A DNA stretch of 64,000 nucleotides, from contig CALVUX010000004.1 in the NCBI GenBank assembly GCA_944363715.1, positions 5,140 to 69,139 on the forward strand, in the 5' to 3' direction. Shown here in pieces: positions 38,199-45,941 of this stretch (position 1 is the first letter of the stretch; every line of letters begins with the position of its first letter). The translations under genes and the position numbers were made by a program. A model generated the notes under the pieces. That model was not told where the DNA came from and did no database searches. It saw only the letters and a list, made by a program, of their open reading frames with translations. This DNA is from an uncultured Bacilli bacterium. GTDB lineage: Bacteria; Bacillota_I; Bacilli_A; RF39; UBA660.

Positions 38199-39276
38199 AA
38201 ATGACTTAGATAAGACAATTTTAATGCCTAGTATTGCTAGTGAAATAAAAAAAGAAAAAAGAAAAGAGAAAAAGATAATTACAAAAATAATAATTTCTTT
38301 ATTTATAATAGGAAGTTCTTTTTCTTTATTTCTTTTTTATGGACCACTAGAAGGGTTTAGAAATTTTTGGATTACTTCTGCAATGACTTCTATGTCTCAT
38401 CAATACCTTGCTACTTGGTTTTATAATGATGATGTTATTAATGAAGTACTATCTAATAATCATATAATTGAAGTTGATGAAAATACTAATCCTGATTTAA
38501 TTAATTTTAAAGATTATGATTCTGATGCTAAGATATATAAGAACGAATATGAAAAACAAATATTAACAAAAGACCCAGGTAACGATTTATATAAAGTTAT
38601 TGAAGTTAGTGGTAGTGGTTATCAAGGTTATTTAGTAGCGATATATGATCCGTCAAGAGTTTCTATTGCCACAACTGCTTATCTTGGTAAAAGAGGAGAA
38701 GCGATTACAACGGTTGCAAAGAGGGAAAATGCTATAATTGCTATTAATGCTGGAGGTTTTTATGATCCTGATTGGAATAGTAATGGAGCGCTACCTCATG
38801 GAACAGTTATTAAAAATGGTGAGATTGTAAGCGACTATGAAGATGCTGCTATGGGTGGTGGCTTTGTAGGATTTACTAAAGATGATAAATTAGTACTAGG
38901 TAAGATGAGTGCAGAAGAAGCACTTGCGATTGGGTTGAGAGATGCCATTGAGTTTGGACCTTTCTTAATAGTTAATGGTAAGAGTAGTTTTGTTAAAGGT
39001 AATGGTGGTTGGGGTATTGCACCTAGAACTGCTATTGGTCAAAGAGAAGATGGTATAGTCTTATTCTTAGTAATTAATGGACGTCTTGCCACATCTATTG
39101 GTGCAGATATGGGGGATTTAACTGAGATAATGGAAAACTATGGTGCTGTTAATGCTGCTAATATGGATGGTGGAAGTTCTAGTGCTTTAGTTATAAATAA
39201 TGAAATAATTAATACACCAGTTGCAGGTGGTGACAATGGTTTAAGAGATATACCAACATTTTGGATAGTTAAGTAA
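38191..39276 (+). CDS. Phosphodiester glycosidase family protein (DUF2233/NAGPA-like), membrane anchored
   Basis: YQGYLVAIYDPSRV, AINAGGF, GPFLIVNGK, PRTAIGQREDGIVLFLVINGR and AANMDGGSSSAL. ATG at 38191 overlaps the upstream stop (ATGA) after AGGAG. Confidence 0.75.
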   Translation: MNKNDLDKTILMPSIASEIKKEKRKEKKIITKIIISLFIIGSSFSLFLFYGPLEGFRNFWITSAMTSMSHQYLATWFYNDDVINEVLSNNHIIEVDENTNPDLINFKDYDSDAKIYKNEYEKQILTKDPGNDLYKVIEVSGSGYQGYLVAIYDPSRVSIATTAYLGKRGEAITTVAKRENAIIAINAGGFYDPDWNSNGALPHGTVIKNGEIVSDYEDAAMGGGFVGFTKDDKLVLGKMSAEEALAIGLRDAIEFGPFLIVNGKSSFVKGNGGWGIAPRTAIGQREDGIVLFLVINGRLATSIGADMGDLTEIMENYGAVNAANMDGGSSSALVINNEIINTPVAGGDNGLRDIPTFWIVK

Positions 39277-39292
39277 ATTAACTATCCTTTAT

Positions 39293-39379
39293 GCAGGAAT
39301 GGCGGAATAGGTAGACGCACTATCTTGAGGGGGTAGTGATTAATTAATCGTGCGAGTTCGAGTCTCGTTTCCTGCACCA
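39293..39379 (+). tRNA. tRNA-Leu (anticodon GAG), CCA encoded
   Basis: Acceptor GCAGGAA/TTCCTGC. Anticodon stem CTATC/GGTAG with loop TTGAGGG. Long variable arm. T-arm CGAGTTCGAGTCTCG. 3' ACCA. Confidence 0.9.
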
Positions 39380-39421
39380 ATTTAGAAATTTACTAGGGAT
39401 TTTTAGTATTATATAAGATAA

Positions 39422-39454
39422 ATGTAGAACAAAATAGTTTCTACATTTTATTTT
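39422..39454 (+). terminator. Rho-independent terminator after the tRNA
   Basis: ATGTAGAA / TTCTACAT stem, 9-nt loop, then TTTATTTT. Confidence 0.7.
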
Positions 39455-39641
39455 GATATTTGTATCAAAATATATAGGGAGTTAGATTTTTTTGTTTTAA
39501 AATGATAAATACAAAAGTCATGATGATTTTGTTTTAGATATATAAATAATATCTACTTATTTACAAATTATATGATAAAATAGTATTAGTTTAAAAAATG
39601 AATTGGTCAGACACGTCTGACCAATTAAGAAAGGAGCAATT

Positions 39642-39870
39642 ATGCTAGAAAAAAATAATTCAAAAATGATTCGGGAAATTACTAATTTAGTAAATGAAGT
39701 AAAGTCTAATCTGTTTAGTGAAATTAATAAATCTATTCTTTATTTATATTGGAATATCGAAAAAAATAATATTATCTAATGAAAATGAATTTAATAATCG
39801 TTTGGAGTATGGTAAAGAAGTTTTAAAAGGTTTATCTACGGAACTTACAAAATATTTGGATTTGTATGAT
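39642..39870 (+). pseudogene. Frameshifted, 3'-truncated fragment of a DUF1016 (YhcG-like PDDEXK nuclease) gene
   Basis: Frame 1 gives MLEKNNSKMIREITNLVNEVKSNLFSEINKSILYLYWNI, then a stop. The +1 frame continues KKIILSNENEFNNRLEYGKEVLKGLSTELTKYL, matching the DUF1016 N-terminal consensus (LxYWxIGKxI...AxYGxxxLxxLSxxL). The break is in an A-run. There is no nuclease domain downstream. Confidence 0.55.
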
Positions 39871-39980
39871 TTATTATATATAAAAGTCAACGTAAAAATA
39901 CATAAATTGCTAGCAAGTGGTAGAATAGTTGCCGAAAAGTTGCCGAATAGATTGATAGTTTTAAATATAAAATAATAAAA

Positions 39981-40024
39981 ATCAAGGGTCTAGATGAACT
40001 CACTTCGTTCGCCCTTGATTTTTT
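39981..40024. terminator. Hairpin plus T-run between convergent units; sequence-related to the hairpin at the IS transposase 3' end (23864-23910)
   Basis: ATCAAGGG...CCCTTGAT stem followed by TTTTT. The loop shares AGATGAACTCA with the IS hairpin. Confidence 0.5.
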
Positions 40025-40110
40025 ATTTGATGTCTACTATTTGGGGTTCACATCAGTACTCATGCTTTTTATTTCATAAAAATGATTATGGTGATGCCTA
40101 ATAGTATAGT

Positions 40111-40485
40111 TTATTTTTTGCTTGTTTTTAAAACTTTGATTGGTCCTTCATTTGTAGTTGTTAAATTTTCTTGTTTTTTTAAACATAAAGTTTGATAAAA
40201 AATTTCTTCCATTTTATCAGGATTATCTACTATTTCATTTTCTTTGTAATAAGATACTAACTTTTTTATAGCATCGTCTACTTTATTAAATTCTTCATAT
40301 TCAAATTTTGATGCTCTATCAATAACATAAAATTTAAAAATGTTATCATCTTCTTCTAAACAAATATCACCCAATCCAAAATTAATACTTGGTCCTAAAT
40401 ATGGTAAATATTGTATAGTTAATTCATTTTTTAATCGGTTATAAATAATATCATTATTTTCATCTGTAAAATATTTTCTTTCCAT
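40111..40485 (-). CDS. Hypothetical cytoplasmic protein (124 aa)
   Basis: ORF with RBS AAGGAGG upstream. No recognisable motif. Confidence 0.45.
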   Translation of the reverse strand: MERKYFTDENNDIIYNRLKNELTIQYLPYLGPSINFGLGDICLEEDDNIFKFYVIDRASKFEYEEFNKVDDAIKKLVSYYKENEIVDNPDKMEEIFYQTLCLKKQENLTTTNEGPIKVLKTSKK

Positions 40486-40585
40486 AAGTTACCTCCTTTG
40501 ATACATATTATAGCAAATAATTCTTATTTGTAAATTAAAATAAAAGAAGTAAGCAATAAACTTATTTCTTTTAATAATCTAATAC

Positions 40586-41329
40586 TTAATAATACATAGT
40601 AGAAGTTTGATTAGCAATTACTGTACTTACAGCAATTACTAATACTATAAATGTAATTATATAAGTAGTTGTTATTGTTAATGCTAAACTATATGGTATT
40701 CGTTCTTTATTAATTTCATAATGCTTTAATAATGTTTGAGTGGTACTTACAAAATATAATATTGTACCAATTAATGCTATAACTATTCCTACTTTATAAG
40801 ATATAAAACAACCAATACATGCAAGAATCATAGTAAGAATTGTAATAGATGTAGCATTACCATATAAAGCTAAGTAATCTCTGAATCTCTTTTCACTTTT
40901 AAATACAGTACTCATAAATAATCTACTCATTAAACATAAAGCAAAAAGGAAAGCAATCATAGTAATAACACCGATTATAAATGGTTCAAAGAAAGGAACA
41001 TTACTAACAGAATATAAACTACCACCTAAGGCATTTGATAATTCATTTATATCTTCAGTTAAGCCTTTATTTAAACTATCCATAAATAAATAAGTAAATA
41101 GTCCAAATACTAGAGCACTAATACCTGATAAAATAAAAGCTAATTTTATATTATTTGTATTACTATATTTTTTAATAGTATCAAAAGGTGTTATAAATAT
41201 CTCTTTAAAGATATTAATTATATTTTCTCCAATATTATTAGTATTAACTTCTTCCTTTTTATTTTTCTCGCAGTCACATGGTTTACCATCTTTTAGAGGT
41301 TTACCACATTTAGTACAAAACTTTGCCAT
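40586..41329 (-). CDS. Zinc-ribbon N-terminus plus Yip1-like polytopic membrane protein
   Basis: MAKFCTKCGKPLKDGKPCDC followed by 5 TM segments. Paralogue of the upstream gene. Confidence 0.6.
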   Translation of the reverse strand: MAKFCTKCGKPLKDGKPCDCEKNKKEEVNTNNIGENIINIFKEIFITPFDTIKKYSNTNNIKLAFILSGISALVFGLFTYLFMDSLNKGLTEDINELSNALGGSLYSVSNVPFFEPFIIGVITMIAFLFALCLMSRLFMSTVFKSEKRFRDYLALYGNATSITILTMILACIGCFISYKVGIVIALIGTILYFVSTTQTLLKHYEINKERIPYSLALTITTTYIITFIVLVIAVSTVIANQTSTMYY

Positions 41330-41341
41330 AAAATCATCTCC

Positions 41342-42121
41342 TTACTTAATTATAAATCCTAATAGCATACTACTAGAAAAACTATCTCTTAATAAAAACA
41401 TTATTTCAATAGATAACATAGTTACAAATATTGCTAAGAACAATATAACTGGTATTGCTATACTAGCAGCAACTGTATAAACTGTTTGATTATTATTAGT
41501 ATTTCCTATCTCTATCATTCCTTCATGAATATGAACAAAGAAACAAATAGCAAAAATTACTAATATAAATAAAGCAAGTAGGGGACTTATAAATGAGATA
41601 ACTAAAGTAATAAGTAGTCCAACAGTAAAGAACATTTCACTAATACCTACTAAGCTAATAATATCTTTATAATTTATTTCTTCTTTAAATACTACAGAAT
41701 GCATAATATAAAGTAATACTATTATTAAAATAGACATTGCAAAACAGAATATTCCTGAATTAAGTCCATAATTAGTATTAACATTAATATTAACTCCAAA
41801 ACTAGATAATTGATTAGCAATGCTACCAATAGAATTTGTAATAGAACTTAAATCAAAACCTGCTTTAGCAAAAATATTATTTAAAAGGAAATTAATAGTA
41901 AGTCCAAATATAATAGCATTAACTACTATTGAACCTAAAGAGAAAGTTAAATTTTTTTCATCTGCTTCATTTTTTAATACTTTACTTGGATTCTTAAACA
42001 TTCCTTTTAATATATCTAGGTAATCACCAACAACATTATCATTACTAACACTCTCTTTTTCACAATCACATGGTTTACCATCTTTTAAAGGTTTACCACA
42101 TTTAGTACAAAACTTTGCCAT
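41342..42121 (-). CDS. Zinc-ribbon N-terminus plus polytopic membrane protein (paralogue)
   Basis: Same MAKFCTKCGKPLKDGKPCDCEK N-terminus, with about 60 nt nearly identical to the neighbouring gene, then 5 TM segments. ATG at 42121 is preferred. Confidence 0.6.
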   Translation of the reverse strand: MAKFCTKCGKPLKDGKPCDCEKESVSNDNVVGDYLDILKGMFKNPSKVLKNEADEKNLTFSLGSIVVNAIIFGLTINFLLNNIFAKAGFDLSSITNSIGSIANQLSSFGVNINVNTNYGLNSGIFCFAMSILIIVLLYIMHSVVFKEEINYKDIISLVGISEMFFTVGLLITLVISFISPLLALFILVIFAICFFVHIHEGMIEIGNTNNNQTVYTVAASIAIPVILFLAIFVTMLSIEIMFLLRDSFSSSMLLGFIIK

Positions 42122-42139
42122 ATTATTAATCAATCCTTT

Positions 42140-43417
42140 CTAGAAAAAATAAGCATAAATATTTGGAAACCCATAAGTATTAACTAACTTATAAGCCCCA
42201 TCTTCATAAATCATATAAGCAGTATAATAGTAATCACTATCATCATTTTTTGTTTCACTATTTTCTTTAGAAGTAGCAGTATAACTATAATCAATTTTCA
42301 TACTAACTTCAAATATATAATCATTATCAATATACATACTCCTAATTTTACTATCAGTTATTTTAAAATTACTAACAGTAAAGTCTTTATCATTGTAATC
42401 ATCAAGACTATCTTCATATTCACTTTGTAAATCTTTTAAATCATAATTACTTGCAAAATTACTTTTAACTTCGTCAAACTTTTTATTAGTAATTAATCCT
42501 TCCATCGCTTTTGTAAAAGCATTATTAGCACTATCTAATATTTTCTTTTGTTCTTCCTCACCAAAATCATCTTCATCTAAATCAATAGTATAGTCATAAC
42601 TAGAAGGTGTAACTTCATCTTTTTTCGTATCACCCCAAGGTAGTTTAACTTCTATATTAGTATCAGCAGAAAATACTTGAGGTATAGTATAAACATCTGT
42701 ATTTTTTAATTCATTATCATCATTATTTAAATATTTATCTGATAATTTAATACTATCAAAAGTAACTTCACTACCTTTAGGAACTTTAATATCATAATTC
42801 TTAACAACACTAATAGTTATTAAATTTTGATTATTTAAAGTCCAATTATCAAATATTAAATACTTTTTATCACTTTGTTTATTAAGTTCAAAAACTACTT
42901 CGTCTGTTTCGGTATCACTACCATTAGTAGCAGTAATATTAGTAATTACTTTAGCAGTTAAACCATCATCTTCATAAGTAACTTCTTTAACTTTATAATT
43001 ATTTATTTTTACATCATCACTTAAAGTTTTTTCTATTATTTTCTTATAATTATCTTTAGTAATAAAAGTTTTATCTCCTGTATAATTAGCAGTCTCATAA
43101 AGAGTATCATAATCTCTATTATTAACAGCATCAATATAATTTTTAACAATATTATCAGGACTAGTAACATTATCTCCTATCTTATATAAGACCAATAAAA
43201 CAACAATTACTATACAAGCTATGATTATTAATATTTTTTGTTTTTTAGAAAGTTTTTTATCATTAGTTTTCTTTTTATTGTTCTTTTTCTTTTCTTCAAC
43301 ATTTTTCTTAGAATTATTTTTTTCTTTTTTCTTTTCCTCTTGCTCTAATTTTGCTCCACATTCAGCACAAAACTGAGCACCTTTTTCATTTTTCGCTCCG
43401 CATTCACCACAAAACAC
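42140..43417 (-). CDS. Zinc-ribbon, single TM segment, large extracytoplasmic domain protein
   Basis: FCGECGAKNEKGAQFCAECGAKL, a K-rich linker, a TM segment, then an ectodomain of about 340 aa beginning IVKNYIDAVNNRDYDTLYE (NTF2/DUF4878-like). Confidence 0.6.
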   Translation of the reverse strand: MFCGECGAKNEKGAQFCAECGAKLEQEEKKKEKNNSKKNVEEKKKNNKKKTNDKKLSKKQKILIIIACIVIVVLLVLYKIGDNVTSPDNIVKNYIDAVNNRDYDTLYETANYTGDKTFITKDNYKKIIEKTLSDDVKINNYKVKEVTYEDDGLTAKVITNITATNGSDTETDEVVFELNKQSDKKYLIFDNWTLNNQNLITISVVKNYDIKVPKGSEVTFDSIKLSDKYLNNDDNELKNTDVYTIPQVFSADTNIEVKLPWGDTKKDEVTPSSYDYTIDLDEDDFGEEEQKKILDSANNAFTKAMEGLITNKKFDEVKSNFASNYDLKDLQSEYEDSLDDYNDKDFTVSNFKITDSKIRSMYIDNDYIFEVSMKIDYSYTATSKENSETKNDDSDYYYTAYMIYEDGAYKLVNTYGFPNIYAYFF

Positions 43418-43691
43418 TACAATTCACTCCTTATTTTTCATGATTCTAATATAGTTATTATTCTAAATTCTGTTAGATATAAAGAAAATAACTAAGTAAG
43501 TTTTTAAAAATATATAAATTTCTTCATTTCAATAGTTAGTTTTTCTCACCTCCATATAAACTATAATTTAATACTGCAAAACATTGCTCTTACTTTTTAC
43601 AATATTATATTTTAATTATAACAGAAATAGTAATAGAAATATATTATTATATAAAAAAAATTTAAAATAGACGTTTGTTAATTTTTTCCAA

Positions 43692-43725
43692 TTGACTAAA
43701 ATCACTTCTCACGAATAAATGTTCG
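43692..43725 (+). promoter_or_regulatory. Promoter (TTGACT, 17 nt, ATAAAT) overlapped by a LexA/SOS (Cheo) box CGAATAAATGTTCG at 43712-43725
   Basis: One mismatch to the Bacillus-type consensus CGAAC-N4-GTTCG. Lies 26 nt upstream of the Y-family polymerase start. Confidence 0.65.
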
Positions 43726-43750
43726 TGGTAAAATAATAGTGGTGAGTTAA

Positions 43751-45238
43751 ATGGAAAAGGTATATTGTTGTATTGATTTAAAGAGTTTTTATGCATCTGT
43801 TGAATGTGTAGAAAGAGGACTTAATCCTTTGAAAACTAATCTTGTTGTTGCCGATAAATCTAGAACAGAAAAGACAATCTGTTTAGCAGTAAGTCCAGCA
43901 TTAAAACAGTATGGTATAGGAGGAAGAGCAAGACTTTTTGAAGTGTTAAGTAAAGTTAAAGAGATAAATAAGATAAGAAGAAAAGATAATGGTTATAAAA
44001 AGTTTACTGATAAATCAGTTAATGATGATATCTTAAAGAAAGATACGACTAAAGAATTAGACTTAATCATCGCTCCTCCTAGAATGGCTCATTATATTGA
44101 TTATTCTGCTAATATTTATAATATCTATTTAAAATATATTGCTAAAGAAGATATATTTGTCTATTCTATAGATGAAGTCTTTATGGATATAACTAATTAC
44201 TTAAAGTACTATAAATTATCTCCTAAAGACTTAATAACTAAAATAATTAAAGATGTCTATGATACAACAGGTATTACAGCGACTGCTGGAATTGGTACAA
44301 ACTTATTTCTTGCTAAAGTTGCTATGGATGTAGTCGCAAAACATACTGAACCTAATCTCTTTGGGGTAAGAATTGCCGAACTTAACGAAATGTCTTATAG
44401 ACAGTTGATATGGAGTCATGTGCCTATTACAGATATTTGGAGAGTAGGTAAAGGTATTTCTAAAAGATTAGAGAAGTATAGTATGTATACAATGGGTGAT
44501 GTTGCAAGATGTTCTATTAATAATGAAGACTTACTATATAAATTATTTGGGGTTAATGCTGAACTTTTAATAGACCATGCTTGGGGTTATGAACCATGTA
44601 CAATAGAATCTATAAAAAACTATAAACCACTTGCCAAAAGTATAAGTAGTGGTCAAGTTTTACAAAGTCCATATTCTTATGATAAGACAAAGTTAATAGT
44701 AAGAGAGATGACTGACTTGCTAGCTTTAGACCTTGTCTCTAAAAAATTAGTAACAGAACAGTTAGTATTAACTATTAGTTATGATATAGATAATATTACT
44801 GATGATTATAATGGAGAAATTACAATAGACCATTATGGACGTGCTATACCTAAGTCTAGCCATGGAACTATTAACTTAGATTATAAAACGTCTTCATCTA
44901 AAATAATTATTGAAGCGATGATTAAATTATTTGAAAGAATAATAAATCCTAAACTGTTAGTTAGAAGAGTTAATATGTGTGCAACTAAGTTAGCAAGTGA
45001 AGAAGATGAAAAATGTAAAGTAAGATATAGGCAATTAGATTTATTTTCATCTTTAGAAGAAAAAGATAATAAGTTAGATTATAATAGAGAAAATTTAAAA
45101 GAAGAAAATAATCTTCAAAATGCTATGTTAAAGATAAAGAAGAAGTATGGTAAAAATGCTATTTTAAAAGGTATGGATTTAGAAGATGGGGCGACAACAA
45201 TGGATAGAAATAGACAGATAGGAGGACATCATGAATGA
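43751..45238 (+). CDS. Y-family (translesion) DNA polymerase, UmuC/YqjW/UvrX-like
   Basis: CIDLKSFYASVECVERG, SIDEVFMDIT and ATAGIGTNLFLAKVAMD are Y-family palm and finger motifs. Followed by a yolD-like gene. Confidence 0.85.
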   Translation: MEKVYCCIDLKSFYASVECVERGLNPLKTNLVVADKSRTEKTICLAVSPALKQYGIGGRARLFEVLSKVKEINKIRRKDNGYKKFTDKSVNDDILKKDTTKELDLIIAPPRMAHYIDYSANIYNIYLKYIAKEDIFVYSIDEVFMDITNYLKYYKLSPKDLITKIIKDVYDTTGITATAGIGTNLFLAKVAMDVVAKHTEPNLFGVRIAELNEMSYRQLIWSHVPITDIWRVGKGISKRLEKYSMYTMGDVARCSINNEDLLYKLFGVNAELLIDHAWGYEPCTIESIKNYKPLAKSISSGQVLQSPYSYDKTKLIVREMTDLLALDLVSKKLVTEQLVLTISYDIDNITDDYNGEITIDHYGRAIPKSSHGTINLDYKTSSSKIIIEAMIKLFERIINPKLLVRRVNMCATKLASEEDEKCKVRYRQLDLFSSLEEKDNKLDYNRENLKEENNLQNAMLKIKKKYGKNAILKGMDLEDGATTMDRNRQIGGHHE

Positions 45239-45629
45239 TTATGACGATATTATAAATATGCCTCATCATGTATCTAAAATAAGAAAGCCTATGTCTTTAC
45301 AAAACAGGTCGGCTCAGTTCGCTCCTTTTTCTGCTTTAACTACTTATGATGAGAAGGTAAGAGAAGTTGCAAGAGAAACATCTAAAAAAATAGAATTAGA
45401 TGATGGTATAAAATTAATGCTTAATGAGAAGTTATGCCTTATAAAAAATGATATAAAACTAAGACCTAGAGTAACAATTACTTACTTTGCTAGAGATAGT
45501 AAGAAAAAAGGGGGATGTTATAAAACTATAACTAGTAATGTTAAAATAGTTGATGAAGTATATAAAAGAATATTTTTAATAGATAATACTATAATATCTT
45601 TTGATAACATAATTGATATTAAACTTTGA
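45231..45629 (+). CDS. YolD-like protein (UmuD-analogue accessory of Gram-positive Y-family polymerases)
   Basis: MPHHVSKIRKPMSLQNRSAQFAPFSALTTYDE matches the YolD family N-terminus. Overlaps the polymerase stop codon. Confidence 0.75.
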   Translation: MNDYDDIINMPHHVSKIRKPMSLQNRSAQFAPFSALTTYDEKVREVARETSKKIELDDGIKLMLNEKLCLIKNDIKLRPRVTITYFARDSKKKGGCYKTITSNVKIVDEVYKRIFLIDNTIISFDNIIDIKL

Positions 45630-45672
45630 TTATATTTTTTTTAAATATGTATATATTATTATTGTATACTAG

Positions 45673-45700
45673 TTGACATTTTTAGAAAAAATAGTATATT
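45673..45700 (+). promoter_or_regulatory. Sigma-A-type promoter of the candidate RNA unit
   Basis: TTGACA, 16-nt spacer, then TATATT. Confidence 0.6.
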
Positions 45701-45707
45701 TATATCA

Positions 45708-45870
45708 CAGATGAGATTACTCATCGTGAAAATGTTTTTCGCTTCTGGATGGTGCGATTAATAAATGATTCCAGTCGGCAATGTTTTTCGCTTCCAGGTG
45801 GTGCGACTAATAAATGATCCTGGTTGAAAATGTTAAAAAACTTCATCATTTATGGTGAAGTTTTTGTTTT
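45708..45870 (+). ncRNA. Candidate structured RNA of about 160 nt: 5' hairpin, two 49-nt tandem repeats each forming a hairpin, and an intrinsic terminator
   Basis: 5' hairpin GATGAG-atta-CTCATC. Repeats at 45731-45779 and 45780-45828. Stems are CTGGA/TCCAG versus CCAGG/CCTGG (three compensatory pairs). Terminator AAAAACTTCA/TGAAGTTTTT plus a T-run at 45836-45868. No Rfam family recognised. Confidence 0.5.
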
Positions 45871-45889
45871 GCACGGAATTTGTAATTTA

Positions 45890-45918
45890 TTGACAAGTTT
45901 TAATTACTAATCTATAAT
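45890..45918 (+). promoter_or_regulatory. Consensus sigma-A promoter for the HExxH gene
   Basis: TTGACA, 17-nt spacer, then TATAAT (both hexamers perfect). Lies 24 nt upstream of the RBS GGGGGA. Confidence 0.75.
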
Positions 45919-45941
45919 AATCACTAATTTAGGGGGATATT

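Noticed and set aside
39718-39975. 85-aa ORF called in the track
   Set aside because: Its middle (NENEFNNRLEYGKEVLKGLSTELTKYL) is the second frame of a frameshifted DUF1016 N-terminus, and the rest is unrelated read-through. It is better described as a pseudogene fragment.
39293-43417. Intact integrative element or prophage at tRNA-Leu
   Set aside because: No integrase, recombinase, phage structural genes or repeat of the tRNA 3' end could be seen. Only decayed fragments are present.
45732-45810. Two 9-codon mini-ORFs inside the tandem repeats (ATG TTT TTC GCT TCT GGA TGG TGC GAT TAA = MFFASGWCD, and MFFASRWCD), and a 16-codon ORF starting at 45711 (MRLLIVKMFFASGWCD)
   Set aside because: There is no Shine-Dalgarno sequence before either ATG. 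The substitutions are better explained by compensated stem pairs than by codon constraint. I kept this as an alternative hypothesis (leader or micro-peptides) to test by Ribo-seq.
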